Source: an archaeon (GTDB lineage Archaea > Nanobdellota > Nanobdellia > Pacearchaeales > GW2011-AR1). From it: 64,000 nucleotides of DNA. Within the stretch, counting starts at the first letter, position 1. Each line of letters starts with the position of its first letter. Of the stretch, positions 54,180-63,849 are shown piece by piece. Position numbers and translations under genes: made by a program. The notes beneath the pieces were generated by a model. That model saw only the letters and a program-made list of their open reading frames with translations. It made no database searches and had not been told where the DNA came from. The stretch is from positions 28,027-92,026 of the forward strand of contig JABHTJ010000002.1 in the NCBI GenBank assembly GCA_018697295.1, read 5' to 3'.

Positions 54180-56135
54180 ATGGTAAAAAAGAAAGGAATA
54201 AAATGGGTTGTGAAAAGAGATGGGATGTATTGGCCAAGTGAAGCTATGAAAAAATCTGCGAATATGAGTGATTCAAAAATTTATTCGAAGTCGATGAAAA
54301 ATCCTGTTGCATTTTGGGAAGGGCTTGCTCGCGAAGGTTTGACGTGGGAGAAAGAATGGGAAAGTAAAAATGCTTATGTTGAAAAGTTGCCTTATTTTGA
54401 ATGGTTTAAGGGTGGGAAAATAAATTTTTCAGTTAATTGTGTGGATCGTCATATGGGGAATTCTTCAAGAACGGCTCTTATTTGGGTTCCTGAACCTGTT
54501 GATGAAAAACCAATAATTTTGACCTATGGGGAATTGTATAATAAAGTAAATCGATTTGCGAATGTTTTGAAAAAATATAATGTGAAGAAAGGCGATATTG
54601 TTTCGATTTATCTTCCTATGGTTCCGGAAGCTTTGATTGCGATGCTTGCGTGTGCTCGAATTGGTGCGATTCATTCAGTCGTCTTTAGTGCATTTTCTGC
54701 TGATGCCCTAAAAGCTCGAATTCAGGACGCCGAGGCAAAAATTCTTATTACAAGTGATGGATATTATCGACGTGGAAAGCCGGAATCTTTAATTAAAAAA
54801 GCAAAATCTGCGATTAAAAAAACTACAATAAAAAATGTTATTGTTGTTGATCGAATTGGGAAGAAAGTTCGTGGGAAAATGTTTAAGGATTTTGAAACTG
54901 AAATGGCAGATGTAGATTCTTATGCGAAGCCAGAAATTATGAATTCTGAAGATCCATTATTTATTTTATATACGAGTGGGACGACGGGAAAACCAAAAGG
55001 TGTTGTTCATGATACTGGCGGATATGCGGCGCAGGCCTATTGGACTTGTAAATGGAATTTTGATTTGAAACCTGAAGACACAATGTGGTGTACTGCTGAT
55101 GTTGGCTGGATTACGGGACATACTTATGCATTTTATGGGCCTCTTTTAACTGGGGCGACATCTTTAGTTTATGAGGGTGGTCCTGATTTTCCCAATCCTG
55201 GACGCTGGTGGAAGATTATTCAAGACCATAAAGTTAACATATTTTATACAGCCCCGACGGCGATTAGAATGTTTATGAATATTAATCAAAATTGGATTAA
55301 AAAATATGATTTATCGAGTCTTCGTGTTCTTGGAACTGTTGGAGAGCCAATCGATAAGGTTTCATGGATGTGGTATTTTAACACTATTGGAGGTGGAAGA
55401 TGTCCGATTATTGATACTTGGTGGCAAACTGAAACTGGTGGAACTTTAATTAATACTTTGGCTGGTGTTGGGCCTTTTGTTCCGACGATTTCTGGAAAAA
55501 GTTTTCCAGGCCTTTCACATAAAATTGTTAATGAAGAGGGGCATTCGGTGAAGAAAGGGAATAAGGGGTTTTTGGTTCAACAAAGTCCGTTTGCGCCGAG
55601 CATGCTCCATGGAGTTTTTAAGAATCATAAAAAATATGTGGATACGTATTGGAAGAAATACAAGACAATGTATGATACGAGTGATGGTGCTTATATGGAT
55701 CGAGGTCTTATCCGAATTACTGGAAGAACTGATGATGTGATGAAAGTTGCAGGACACAGACTCTCAACTGCAGAACTTGAGAATGCAATTCACGATAATT
55801 CTTTAGTTTTAGATGTTGCTGTTGTTTCAATGCCTGATAAAATTAAAGGTGAAGCTCCTATTGCATTCGTTGTTTTGAAATCTGGAAAAGCATCTAAAAA
55901 TTTGGAAAAGAAATTAAAATCTTATGTTGATTCGAAAATTGGTCCAACAGCTCGACCAAGGAGAATATTTTTTGTTGCAGATTTGCCCAAGACTCGGAGT
56001 GGAAAAATTATGCGGAGAATTTTGAAAGCTTTGCTCGTTAATGAAGAACCCAAAGGCTTGATGACACTCGTTAATCCCGAATCTGTTGCGAAGATAGATT
56101 TGATTTTACAAGGGCAAAATATTTTGAAAAAATAA
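54180..56135 (+). CDS. acs: Acetyl-CoA synthetase (AMP-forming)
   Basis: YTSGTTGKPKGV AMP-binding motif, ~650 aa with Acs-like N-terminus, and C-terminal K in PKTRSGKIMRR. Confidence 0.85.
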   Translation: MVKKKGIKWVVKRDGMYWPSEAMKKSANMSDSKIYSKSMKNPVAFWEGLAREGLTWEKEWESKNAYVEKLPYFEWFKGGKINFSVNCVDRHMGNSSRTALIWVPEPVDEKPIILTYGELYNKVNRFANVLKKYNVKKGDIVSIYLPMVPEALIAMLACARIGAIHSVVFSAFSADALKARIQDAEAKILITSDGYYRRGKPESLIKKAKSAIKKTTIKNVIVVDRIGKKVRGKMFKDFETEMADVDSYAKPEIMNSEDPLFILYTSGTTGKPKGVVHDTGGYAAQAYWTCKWNFDLKPEDTMWCTADVGWITGHTYAFYGPLLTGATSLVYEGGPDFPNPGRWWKIIQDHKVNIFYTAPTAIRMFMNINQNWIKKYDLSSLRVLGTVGEPIDKVSWMWYFNTIGGGRCPIIDTWWQTETGGTLINTLAGVGPFVPTISGKSFPGLSHKIVNEEGHSVKKGNKGFLVQQSPFAPSMLHGVFKNHKKYVDTYWKKYKTMYDTSDGAYMDRGLIRITGRTDDVMKVAGHRLSTAELENAIHDNSLVLDVAVVSMPDKIKGEAPIAFVVLKSGKASKNLEKKLKSYVDSKIGPTARPRRIFFVADLPKTRSGKIMRRILKALLVNEEPKGLMTLVNPESVAKIDLILQGQNILKK

Positions 56136-56195
56136 TTTTTTTTAACTTTTTAACTTACATAAAATTTATAAAGAATCTTTATTATTAAATGATGT

Positions 56196-56411
56196 ATGGA
56201 TGAGAAAAAGCGGATAAAAATTTTGGTAGTTATCACAGTTATTTTAGTAATTATTGCAATCTTTTTTGCGATTTTTGCCGATGATTCTGAAAAAGTTTCT
56301 CTAGATTCTGGACTTGGTGGGCAAAGTCCTGCTGGCACTGGGAATGTAGTTATTTCTATTGGCGAGTCTAATGTTGAAGATCGTGGAAATTCTCTGGGAG
56401 ATTTAGCATGA
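56196..56411 (+). CDS. Small N-anchored protein
   Basis: 71 aa with one TM near the N-terminus. Confidence 0.3.
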   Translation: MDEKKRIKILVVITVILVIIAIFFAIFADDSEKVSLDSGLGGQSPAGTGNVVISIGESNVEDRGNSLGDLA

Positions 56412-56986
56412 ATTTAACAAAAAATGATTATATTACCTATCTTTTAGTTTTGGTAATAATAATTTCTTTAGGATTTATTGGAATTAACTTTACTGGTTAT
56501 GTTACTGATACTGCTTTTTTGAACGTTACTGTTACAAGCACTGCAAATATTAATTTTACTTCTGCTAACATAACTTTTGAGTCTGGAATCGTTACCGGGG
56601 GAAAATCTTTTGCATATCTAGATACTGAGGGAAATATTGTTGATGGTTCTTGGGGCGTTGTTTCAAGTGGTTTTGTTTTAGAAAATATTGGAAATGTTAA
56701 TGTTACTCTAAATATTACCTCCAGTAATGATGCTGATGGCTTTATTGGGGGGAGTAGTCCTGCCTATAGGTATAAAATTAGTGATGTTGAAACTTCTTCT
56801 TGTACTGGTGGCGGTGCTAGCTCATATATTCCCTTAAATGAAACTGGCCCTGTACTTGCTTGCGCAATTTTTTCATATCATAATACTTATGATTCGATTA
56901 ATCTAGATATTAATTTAACAATTCCAAATGATGCAACTCTTGGAGAATTGAATTCAACAATTATTGCAATTGGAACTGCAATTTAA
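56408..56986 (+). CDS. Secreted/N-anchored NxT-rich protein
   Basis: 192 aa, N-terminal TM, many N-x-T/S sequons. Confidence 0.4.
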   Translation: MNLTKNDYITYLLVLVIIISLGFIGINFTGYVTDTAFLNVTVTSTANINFTSANITFESGIVTGGKSFAYLDTEGNIVDGSWGVVSSGFVLENIGNVNVTLNITSSNDADGFIGGSSPAYRYKISDVETSSCTGGGASSYIPLNETGPVLACAIFSYHNTYDSINLDINLTIPNDATLGELNSTIIAIGTAI

Positions 56987-57038
56987 TTTTTTCTTTGACT
57001 AGTCATTAAAAAGATTTAAATAATTCCATTGATATTTT

Positions 57039-58247
57039 TTGTTAGGTGATTTTATGAATAAAAAAATTTTATTATTTTTATTATTTCTTGGTTTAGCTAT
57101 AGCTCCCTTTATCGAGGCTGGAGCGATTGGAATTAATCCTGCTAAATTTAATCTTATTTACTTTGAACCTGGGCTTGAGCAGCAATTTGAAATAAATATT
57201 TTTAGTGATGATCCTCTTGAGCCGATTGAAATTTATTTTGAAGGAGATCTTAAAGATTATGCTTCTGCCGAACCAAAATCTTTTATTGGAGAAGGTACTT
57301 CTATTGTGACACTTAGACTTCCGGAAACTTCACTGAAGCCTGGCCCGAGTATTTTGTATGTTGGTGGGATTGAAAAGAAAGGCGAGGGGGGAACTATTGG
57401 CGGGCTTGCTTCTATTAGAGTTCCCATTCGAGTTTTTGTTCCTTATCCGGGAAGGTATCTTGAAATGGATTTTGACATTTTAGATATTAATGTTGGAGAA
57501 AAAACTTCTTATCGACTTGATGTTTCAAATTTAGGTACTGAAGATTTGGTAATTTCTCCGACTATTGAACTCTATGTGGATGATGCAAATGGGGAGCTTG
57601 TTCTTACAAAGACACTTGAGCCTATCGAACTTTTTTCTAAAAATTCATTTAATTCAATTGAAGAACTTAATACTTCTTTTCTTAAACAAGGAAATTATTT
57701 TGCTCTTGCACGTGTTGATTATGGCGAAGATTCCTTAGGAGAAAACCTGTCATTTAGAATTGGACATTTTGCTATTGATATTGAAGATTATGATCATTTA
57801 TTTGAAACTGGAAAAATAAATCCATTTAATCTTGAGATAAAAAGTGAATGGAATTCTGAAATTAAGGGGGTCTATGCGTCCATTGTGGTTACTGATGAAG
57901 GGAACATTGTTCAAAAAATGGTGACGCCTTCGATTAATTTAGATCCTTGGCAACGAGTGAATCTTACCGGTTTTTTTGATGCAACAAACCTTACTACCAA
58001 AAGATATCTTGCAAATATCAATGTGTATTATGGAGGCTCTATTTCAAATAAACTTGTAGCTATTTATACTAATGATCCTCCAAAAGAACCTTTTGTTTGG
58101 CTAAATTATTATTCCTATCTTCTTGTAGGTATTTTATTCCTTGTCTTTGTAATCGCCTATTTGGTTTACTGGGTTTGGAAATTAAAATCATTTCTTCGAA
58201 AGGGTGGTAAAACTCATGGTTCAAAAAAAAGGAAAAAAAAGAAATAG
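57039..58247 (+). CDS. Surface protein paralogous to 8236-9447 product (signal peptide, C-terminal TM + KKRKKKK)
   Basis: 402 aa with similar architecture and local similarity (EGDLKDYASAEPKSF vs HGDLASYISDYPKIVSF). Confidence 0.6.
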   Translation: MLGDFMNKKILLFLLFLGLAIAPFIEAGAIGINPAKFNLIYFEPGLEQQFEINIFSDDPLEPIEIYFEGDLKDYASAEPKSFIGEGTSIVTLRLPETSLKPGPSILYVGGIEKKGEGGTIGGLASIRVPIRVFVPYPGRYLEMDFDILDINVGEKTSYRLDVSNLGTEDLVISPTIELYVDDANGELVLTKTLEPIELFSKNSFNSIEELNTSFLKQGNYFALARVDYGEDSLGENLSFRIGHFAIDIEDYDHLFETGKINPFNLEIKSEWNSEIKGVYASIVVTDEGNIVQKMVTPSINLDPWQRVNLTGFFDATNLTTKRYLANINVYYGGSISNKLVAIYTNDPPKEPFVWLNYYSYLLVGILFLVFVIAYLVYWVWKLKSFLRKGGKTHGSKKRKKKK

Positions 58248-58632
58248 AATTTTGCTTGTCTTATTGGTTCTTATTTTGATTGTTCTTGTTAGTTTTATGA
58301 AATTTCCTCTAGCTTCTAGTGAAATTCCAGTAACTTTTATTTTTGGGAATCATTCAGGGTTTGATTTAAATCCTGAAATTTTATCTTTTGGGATGATAAG
58401 TTCTTCTAGTTCTTCATCTCGAGGAATTGTAGTTTCTAATGATTTTGATTATCCTGTCAAAATTATTATTGAGGCGAAGGGACAAATAAGGTCAAATCTC
58501 ATTGTTTCTGAAAATGACTTTTATCTTGAACCGTTTGAATCTCGTGAAGTTATTTTCTCCATTCACTCTTTTGGCTTAACTGAATTTAAGAAATATGAGG
58601 GTTCTGTATTAATTAATTCTTACTCTGTATAA
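58204..58632 (+). CDS. N-anchored small secreted protein
   Basis: KR-rich N-terminus, then TM ILLVLLVLILIVLV. The true start is probably internal. Confidence 0.35.
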   Translation: MVKLMVQKKGKKRNRILLVLLVLILIVLVSFMKFPLASSEIPVTFIFGNHSGFDLNPEILSFGMISSSSSSSRGIVVSNDFDYPVKIIIEAKGQIRSNLIVSENDFYLEPFESREVIFSIHSFGLTEFKKYEGSVLINSYSV

Positions 58633-58702
58633 GTTTGTCGACTCTGTTTGAAATTTGAAAAGATTTATATAAGTTGGTGATTGTTTTTGCTTAGGTGATG
58701 TT

Positions 58703-60232
58703 ATGCGATTGAATATTTTAATTGGGGGTAAGGCTGGTCAGGGAATAAACAAGGTTTCTGGAATTGTTTCTGGGGTCCTTTCTAAATTGGGTTATTTTAC
58801 TTTTAATTATCGAGATTATCCTTCTCTTATTCGTGGAGGTCATAATTTTAATGTTTTGTCAATTTCTGATGAGCAAATTGAAAGTCATGAGTCAAGTCTT
58901 GATGTAATTGTTGCGATGGATGAAAGAACACTTGAAACCCACAAATCTTTTCAAAAAACTGATTGTGAAATTATTAAGGCAGATGAATTTAAGGATGCTG
59001 GGAAGAATTTGAACATTGTTCTTGCTGGGATTTTGATTAAGCTGCTCGGTATTTCTTTTAAGAGTCTTTCTGAAGAACTTGTCTTGCAATTTAAGGAAAG
59101 TAAGGACAAGGCGGCTTTTGCTAAAAAGGGATTTGATTCGCGAAAGAAAAAATTTGATTTGAAACCTTTGAAGAAAAAAATTTCAATTCTTTCTGGAAGT
59201 GAGGCTGTTGCGGTTGGAGCCCGAAATTCTGGACTTGATATTTATTTTGCCTATCCGATGACTCCTGCGACAAATGCGCTACACGAACTTGCAAAAGATC
59301 AGGTCAAAAATAATTTGATGGTTTTTCAAGCAGAAAATGAAATTGCTGCAGCGAGTATGGCGATTGGTGCATCGTTTGCTGGTGCTAAGGTTTTGACTGG
59401 AACGAGCGGCGGTGGATTTGATTTGATGAGCGAAACATTATCTTTGCAAGGAATTACTCAAATTCCCTTGACTGTTTATTTGGCTTCTCGTCCTGGTCCT
59501 GGAACAGGGATTCCGACTTATACTTCTCAAGGGGATTTAAATTTAGCACTTCGTGCAGGTCACGGCGAATTTCCGCGAATTGTTGTTGCTCCGGGAAATG
59601 CGGTTGAACAAATAGAAAAAACTTCTGAGGCACTTTTTTTAGCCGAGCATTTTAGAATACTTTCTATTATTTTGTCAGATAAACATTTAGCTGAATCTGA
59701 ATTTTCTAGCGATGTTGGGCCTACAAAGACTCCTTATTTTGAGGTTATTCGAGAAAGTCCAGGTTCTTCGATTATTAAAGCATCTTCATACGAAACTAAT
59801 GAACATGGTTTATCGACGGAGTCTGCAGTTATTGCCGGGAAGAATATTGGCGAGCGTATGAAAAAATATGAAACTTCAAAAGAATTTATTGAAAAACATT
59901 TTAAGATGGTTAAATATCATGGGAAAATGGACTCAAAAAATTTGGTTATTGGTTGGGGTTCTACGAGTGGTGCGATTAAGGATGCTATAAAAGGTTTAGA
60001 TGCTAAATTTTTGCAAGTACTTTATATGAAACCACTTTCTAGCGAGATAAAAAATGAAATTGAAAAATCTGACAAGGTTGTTTTGGTTGAATGCAATGTA
60101 ACTGGGCAACTTGGGCGTTTGATTCGTGAAAAAACTGGGATTAAAATTAAGAATCGAATTTTAAAATATAATGGTCGGCCATTTTATTGCGATGAACTAA
60201 ACGGATATTTGAAAAAGGTGATTGGAGGATGA
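58703..60232 (+). CDS. 2-oxoacid:ferredoxin oxidoreductase, fused gamma-alpha subunit
   Basis: N-terminal gamma-like LNILIGGKAGQGINKVSGIVS...IRGGHNFNVLSIS, then alpha-like SGSEAVAVGARNSGLDIYFAYPMTPAT. Confidence 0.8.
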   Translation: MRLNILIGGKAGQGINKVSGIVSGVLSKLGYFTFNYRDYPSLIRGGHNFNVLSISDEQIESHESSLDVIVAMDERTLETHKSFQKTDCEIIKADEFKDAGKNLNIVLAGILIKLLGISFKSLSEELVLQFKESKDKAAFAKKGFDSRKKKFDLKPLKKKISILSGSEAVAVGARNSGLDIYFAYPMTPATNALHELAKDQVKNNLMVFQAENEIAAASMAIGASFAGAKVLTGTSGGGFDLMSETLSLQGITQIPLTVYLASRPGPGTGIPTYTSQGDLNLALRAGHGEFPRIVVAPGNAVEQIEKTSEALFLAEHFRILSIILSDKHLAESEFSSDVGPTKTPYFEVIRESPGSSIIKASSYETNEHGLSTESAVIAGKNIGERMKKYETSKEFIEKHFKMVKYHGKMDSKNLVIGWGSTSGAIKDAIKGLDAKFLQVLYMKPLSSEIKNEIEKSDKVVLVECNVTGQLGRLIREKTGIKIKNRILKYNGRPFYCDELNGYLKKVIGG

Positions 60233-60579
60233 AGAAGAAGACGAATAATAATTTTTTAATAATAGATATAGTTTTTGCGATATTAACAATTTTAGTTGTG
60301 ATTTCTCTTTTTCAGAATATACTTCTTGCCTCATTTTTATTAGCTATTATTTCGGCAATTTATATTTATATAAAAAAATCAAAAACAGTTTTTTTTATAT
60401 TTCTCATTGGAGCTATTTGGGGTCCGATTTCTGAAATATTAGTCATTTCTTTTTCTGGTGCTTGGTTTTACTCAAATCCGAACGTCTTTGGATTAATACC
60501 TTTTTGGTTGTTTTTTGTATGGGGAAACGCTGCAATATTTTTATATTCAATATCTAAATATTTGGATGGTTTGAAATGA
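60229..60579 (+). CDS. Small polytopic membrane protein translationally coupled between oxidoreductase subunit genes
   Basis: 116 aa with three or four TM helices. Its ATG overlaps the upstream stop (ATGA) and its stop overlaps the downstream ATG (ATGA). Confidence 0.45.
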   Translation: MKKKTNNNFLIIDIVFAILTILVVISLFQNILLASFLLAIISAIYIYIKKSKTVFFIFLIGAIWGPISEILVISFSGAWFYSNPNVFGLIPFWLFFVWGNAAIFLYSISKYLDGLK

Positions 60580-61469
60580 AAAAGGAAATTAAAAAAACTT
60601 CGAAAGTAATCAAGAAAAAAATTACTACAAAAGAAATGCTTGGAACGGGTACAGAAAATACGTGGTGTCCGTCATGTCCGAATTTTTTAATTTTGGAAGC
60701 GTTCAAACAAACTATTGCGAAGTTTATTGATTCAAAAAAATATGTTCACGAGGATTTTGCGATGACTGCAGATATTGGATGTCATGGGAAGATTTTTGAT
60801 TATGTAAATATGTCCGGATTTTATACGCTTCATGGGAGAACGCTTCCTGTCGCTATGGGAATGAAACTTGGAAATCCTCATTTGAAAGTTATTGCGTTTG
60901 GTGGCGATGGTGCGATTTATTCGGAAGGGATAAGTCACTTTATTCACACATTTAAGTATAATCCTGATATGACGCTTTTAGTTCACGATAATCAATCATT
61001 TTCTTTAACGACTGGTCAACCTACGCCAACTTCTCAGAAAGGATATGTTGCAAAAAGTGAGCCGCTTGGAAAAACTGACATGCCGTTTAATCCATTATTT
61101 TTAGCATTTGCATCTGGAGCGACTTTTATTGCGAGAACGAATGCAAGAGATTTGAAACATATGATTGCTACATTTACTAAGGCGATTAATCATCGAGGTT
61201 TTTCTTATGTTGAGATTATGCAGGATTGTATTGTTTTTAACTTGGAGATTAATCGAAAAGATGAAATTATGTATAAGGTTTCTGATAATAAGGATCCTGT
61301 TAAAGCGCTTGAAATGATTAGGGAATGGGATTATAATTCCAAGCAAGGGAAAATTGCGCTCGGTGTTTTATACAAGATAAAAGCTCCGACGGAAGAAGAT
61401 AAGTGGCCACAACTTCAAGATTTAATGAAGAGAGATGTTAGTTGGCAACATAAAGGTCATGGGAAATAA
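60576..61469 (+). CDS. 2-oxoacid:ferredoxin oxidoreductase beta subunit (TPP-binding)
   Basis: TWCPSCPNF Cys motif and the TPP-binding GGDGAIYSEG motif (GDG...). Confidence 0.8.
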   Translation: MKKEIKKTSKVIKKKITTKEMLGTGTENTWCPSCPNFLILEAFKQTIAKFIDSKKYVHEDFAMTADIGCHGKIFDYVNMSGFYTLHGRTLPVAMGMKLGNPHLKVIAFGGDGAIYSEGISHFIHTFKYNPDMTLLVHDNQSFSLTTGQPTPTSQKGYVAKSEPLGKTDMPFNPLFLAFASGATFIARTNARDLKHMIATFTKAINHRGFSYVEIMQDCIVFNLEINRKDEIMYKVSDNKDPVKALEMIREWDYNSKQGKIALGVLYKIKAPTEEDKWPQLQDLMKRDVSWQHKGHGK

Positions 61470-61517
61470 TAGGATAAATAATTTTAAAAAAATAAAAAAA
61501 TAATTTAAGGTTTGTTT

Positions 61518-62126
61518 TTATATGCAAGGATTAATGCTTCTGAAAAGAATTCCCCTAGAATCTACGCAAACATATGCATTTCCTCCAGTGGAATCTGCTA
61601 AGCCTACAATTTCAATATCTTTTGTTCCCCCTTTTCCGAGTCGCATAATTGACCCTAGATTATTTGCGTGGAATGAAAGATCTTCTGAAGGTCCAAGACT
61701 GAAAAACCATTCATTTGTTGGGGCCCCAGTATTAAATTCTTTAACCAATTTTAAGACTCTTGTATCTTGTAACGGTCCCGCTTTTATAATTGTCCTATAG
61801 GGATCTATTATTAATCGCGTTTCAGTAAAAAGTGGTTGAGAAATATGGGTTCCTCTTATGGAAAATTCGTCTCCTGAGGCTGCCATGCTCCATTCATCTC
61901 CACCATCATTTAGCTTTAATAAATTATGGTAAAGACCTCCTACTATTGCTGGATTTCCTGATAAAGTTTTTAAATTATTAACCTCACACGTACTATCTCC
62001 TGTACAAGAACTTGCATCGGAGCCTATCCTAAAAATTGCATTCCCCGTAATTCCTTGAGAAAATGACATTAAAAGAATGGCTGTGATAAGAACTGCACTC
62101 AAAATTCCGATTTGTTTTTTATTCAT
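61518..62126 (-). CDS. Secreted protein, unknown
   Basis: 202 aa with N-terminal signal-like MNKKQIGILSAVLITAILLMSF. Confidence 0.45.
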   Translation of the reverse strand: MNKKQIGILSAVLITAILLMSFSQGITGNAIFRIGSDASSCTGDSTCEVNNLKTLSGNPAIVGGLYHNLLKLNDGGDEWSMAASGDEFSIRGTHISQPLFTETRLIIDPYRTIIKAGPLQDTRVLKLVKEFNTGAPTNEWFFSLGPSEDLSFHANNLGSIMRLGKGGTKDIEIVGLADSTGGNAYVCVDSRGILFRSINPCI

Positions 62127-62182
62127 TAATTATTTACCTCCTTTCATTAAGCTTTAATCATTTAGGGTATATATATTTTGCT

Positions 62183-62761
62183 TTACAAAATATTAGTTTG
62201 ATTTCTTCCATTTTTTTTGGAAATGTAGAGTGCTTTATCTGCACGGTTAATCATTCTTTTTTGTGTGTCTAATTTTTTATATTCGGTAACTCCTAGAGAA
62301 ATTTGGACATTATATTTTTTGAGGAGAGTATTTTTTGGAAGGCTGAGGCGTAATCTTTCTGCAACTTTTTTTGCTTTTGCAATATTTGTTTCTGGGAGTA
62401 AAACAAAAAATTCTTCTCCTCCAAATCTTGAAGGGATGTCGTATTTACGAACTGTTTTTTGCAGAACTTTTGCTAGCTCGACTAAAACATCATCACCTAC
62501 AAGATGACCGTATGAGTCGTTAAATTTTTTGAAAAAATCAATGTCGACTATTATGAGTGATAAATTTTGCATTTCTCTTTTTGCTTTTTCTAATTCCATT
62601 TCAAAAACATTTTTGAAAAATCGGTGATTATAGAGTTTTGTCTTTTCGTCTCTGATGGCAGTATCATGTAGTTCAAATAATGAATTTTTAACTTCGGCTA
62701 AAACTCCTTCGATATGTTTTTTGAAATCAGGATCAATTACTTTTGGATTTCTTTTTTTCAT
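62183..62761 (-). CDS. Stand-alone GGDEF-domain protein (putative diguanylate cyclase)
   Basis: Motifs seen: DEKTKLYNHRFF, IIVDIDFFKKFNDSYGHLVGDDVL, I-site RKYD five residues before the active-site RFGGEEF, and RADKALYISKKNGRNQ. 192 aa with no sensor domain. Confidence 0.75.
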   Translation of the reverse strand: MKKRNPKVIDPDFKKHIEGVLAEVKNSLFELHDTAIRDEKTKLYNHRFFKNVFEMELEKAKREMQNLSLIIVDIDFFKKFNDSYGHLVGDDVLVELAKVLQKTVRKYDIPSRFGGEEFFVLLPETNIAKAKKVAERLRLSLPKNTLLKKYNVQISLGVTEYKKLDTQKRMINRADKALYISKKNGRNQTNIL

Positions 62762-63567
62762 AATGAGAATAAGGTTTTTGCATTATTAAATATTTGTTTT
62801 GCTACCTTGACTTCTGACAAACCTTTTATTTTCGCAATTTCTTTAATTGCATAGATTACATTTTTTGATTCATTTCTTGTTCCGGCTATAGGGGATAAAT
62901 ATGGTGCGTCTGTTTCAGTTATTAGTTGGGTAAGTGGTGTTAACTTGACGAGCATTTTGAAATGTTCGAGACGCGTGATTACTGCTGGGACCGACATAAA
63001 ATATCCATTTTCGACACAACGTCTTACTAATGCTTTTTTTCCGCCAAAACAATGCATGTATACTTTTTTGCAGGAATTTTTTTCAAGCATCCCTATTACT
63101 TCTAATTCTGCTTTCCTTGAATGTGTAACAAGAGGTTTATCAATTTTTTTTGCTAAATCGATTACTTTTTGAAATACTTCTAGTTGTAATTCTTCCGTTC
63201 CAGGAATAATTTTGTAATCAAGTCCACATTCTCCAATTGCAACGCAATCGTTTTTATGTTCTTCAATCCATTTGAGTTCAACATCTACATCGAATTTTTC
63301 AACGTAGCGAAGATTATCTTCTTCTGTTTTACTATTGAGTTTATTTGCGATCCCATCTATAGGATAAATGCCAAAACTACATTTTACTATTGGAGAATAT
63401 TTTTTGCTTAATTCCAAGACGGTCCTGTTTGTTGTCGGATTGACGCCAGAAGTTATCATAAATTTGACTCCAGCTTCTTTTGCTCTTTTTACAATTTCGT
63501 CTCGTTCATTATCAAAGCGTTCGCTATCAAGATGTGTGTGGACATCGACTAGATTCATTTTTTCCAT
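62758..63567 (-). CDS. tatD: TatD-family metal-dependent hydrolase/DNase
   Basis: N-terminal LVDVHTHLD is the TatD signature. 269 aa. Its stop overlaps the GGDEF gene start. Confidence 0.8.
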   Translation of the reverse strand: MEKMNLVDVHTHLDSERFDNERDEIVKRAKEAGVKFMITSGVNPTTNRTVLELSKKYSPIVKCSFGIYPIDGIANKLNSKTEEDNLRYVEKFDVDVELKWIEEHKNDCVAIGECGLDYKIIPGTEELQLEVFQKVIDLAKKIDKPLVTHSRKAELEVIGMLEKNSCKKVYMHCFGGKKALVRRCVENGYFMSVPAVITRLEHFKMLVKLTPLTQLITETDAPYLSPIAGTRNESKNVIYAIKEIAKIKGLSEVKVAKQIFNNAKTLFSL

Positions 63568-63600
63568 AATGATTAAAAAGTAATCTTCCTTAAATAACTA

Positions 63601-63819
63601 ATGATTGAATATATTATTTTGTTGGTTGCGATACCTCTTGGGATGTTGTGTGCGAAATGGATGAAAGAAGAGAGGCCAATATATTCTAAAGCTCCTTATT
63701 TTCCCGTGATGCTTTGGGTGATTGCAATTTTATCTGCGATTTTTTTTACCCTGGATAAGACTATTGGTTTTAGTTTGTCATTTATGTTTTTGTTGATGTT
63801 CTTTTGGCATCGGGGATAA
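63601..63819 (+). CDS. Small two-TM membrane protein
   Basis: 72 aa, hydrophobic. Confidence 0.3.
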   Translation: MIEYIILLVAIPLGMLCAKWMKEERPIYSKAPYFPVMLWVIAILSAIFFTLDKTIGFSLSFMFLLMFFWHRG

Positions 63820-63849
63820 ACTTAAAACACGCTAAAATCTTGGATAATT

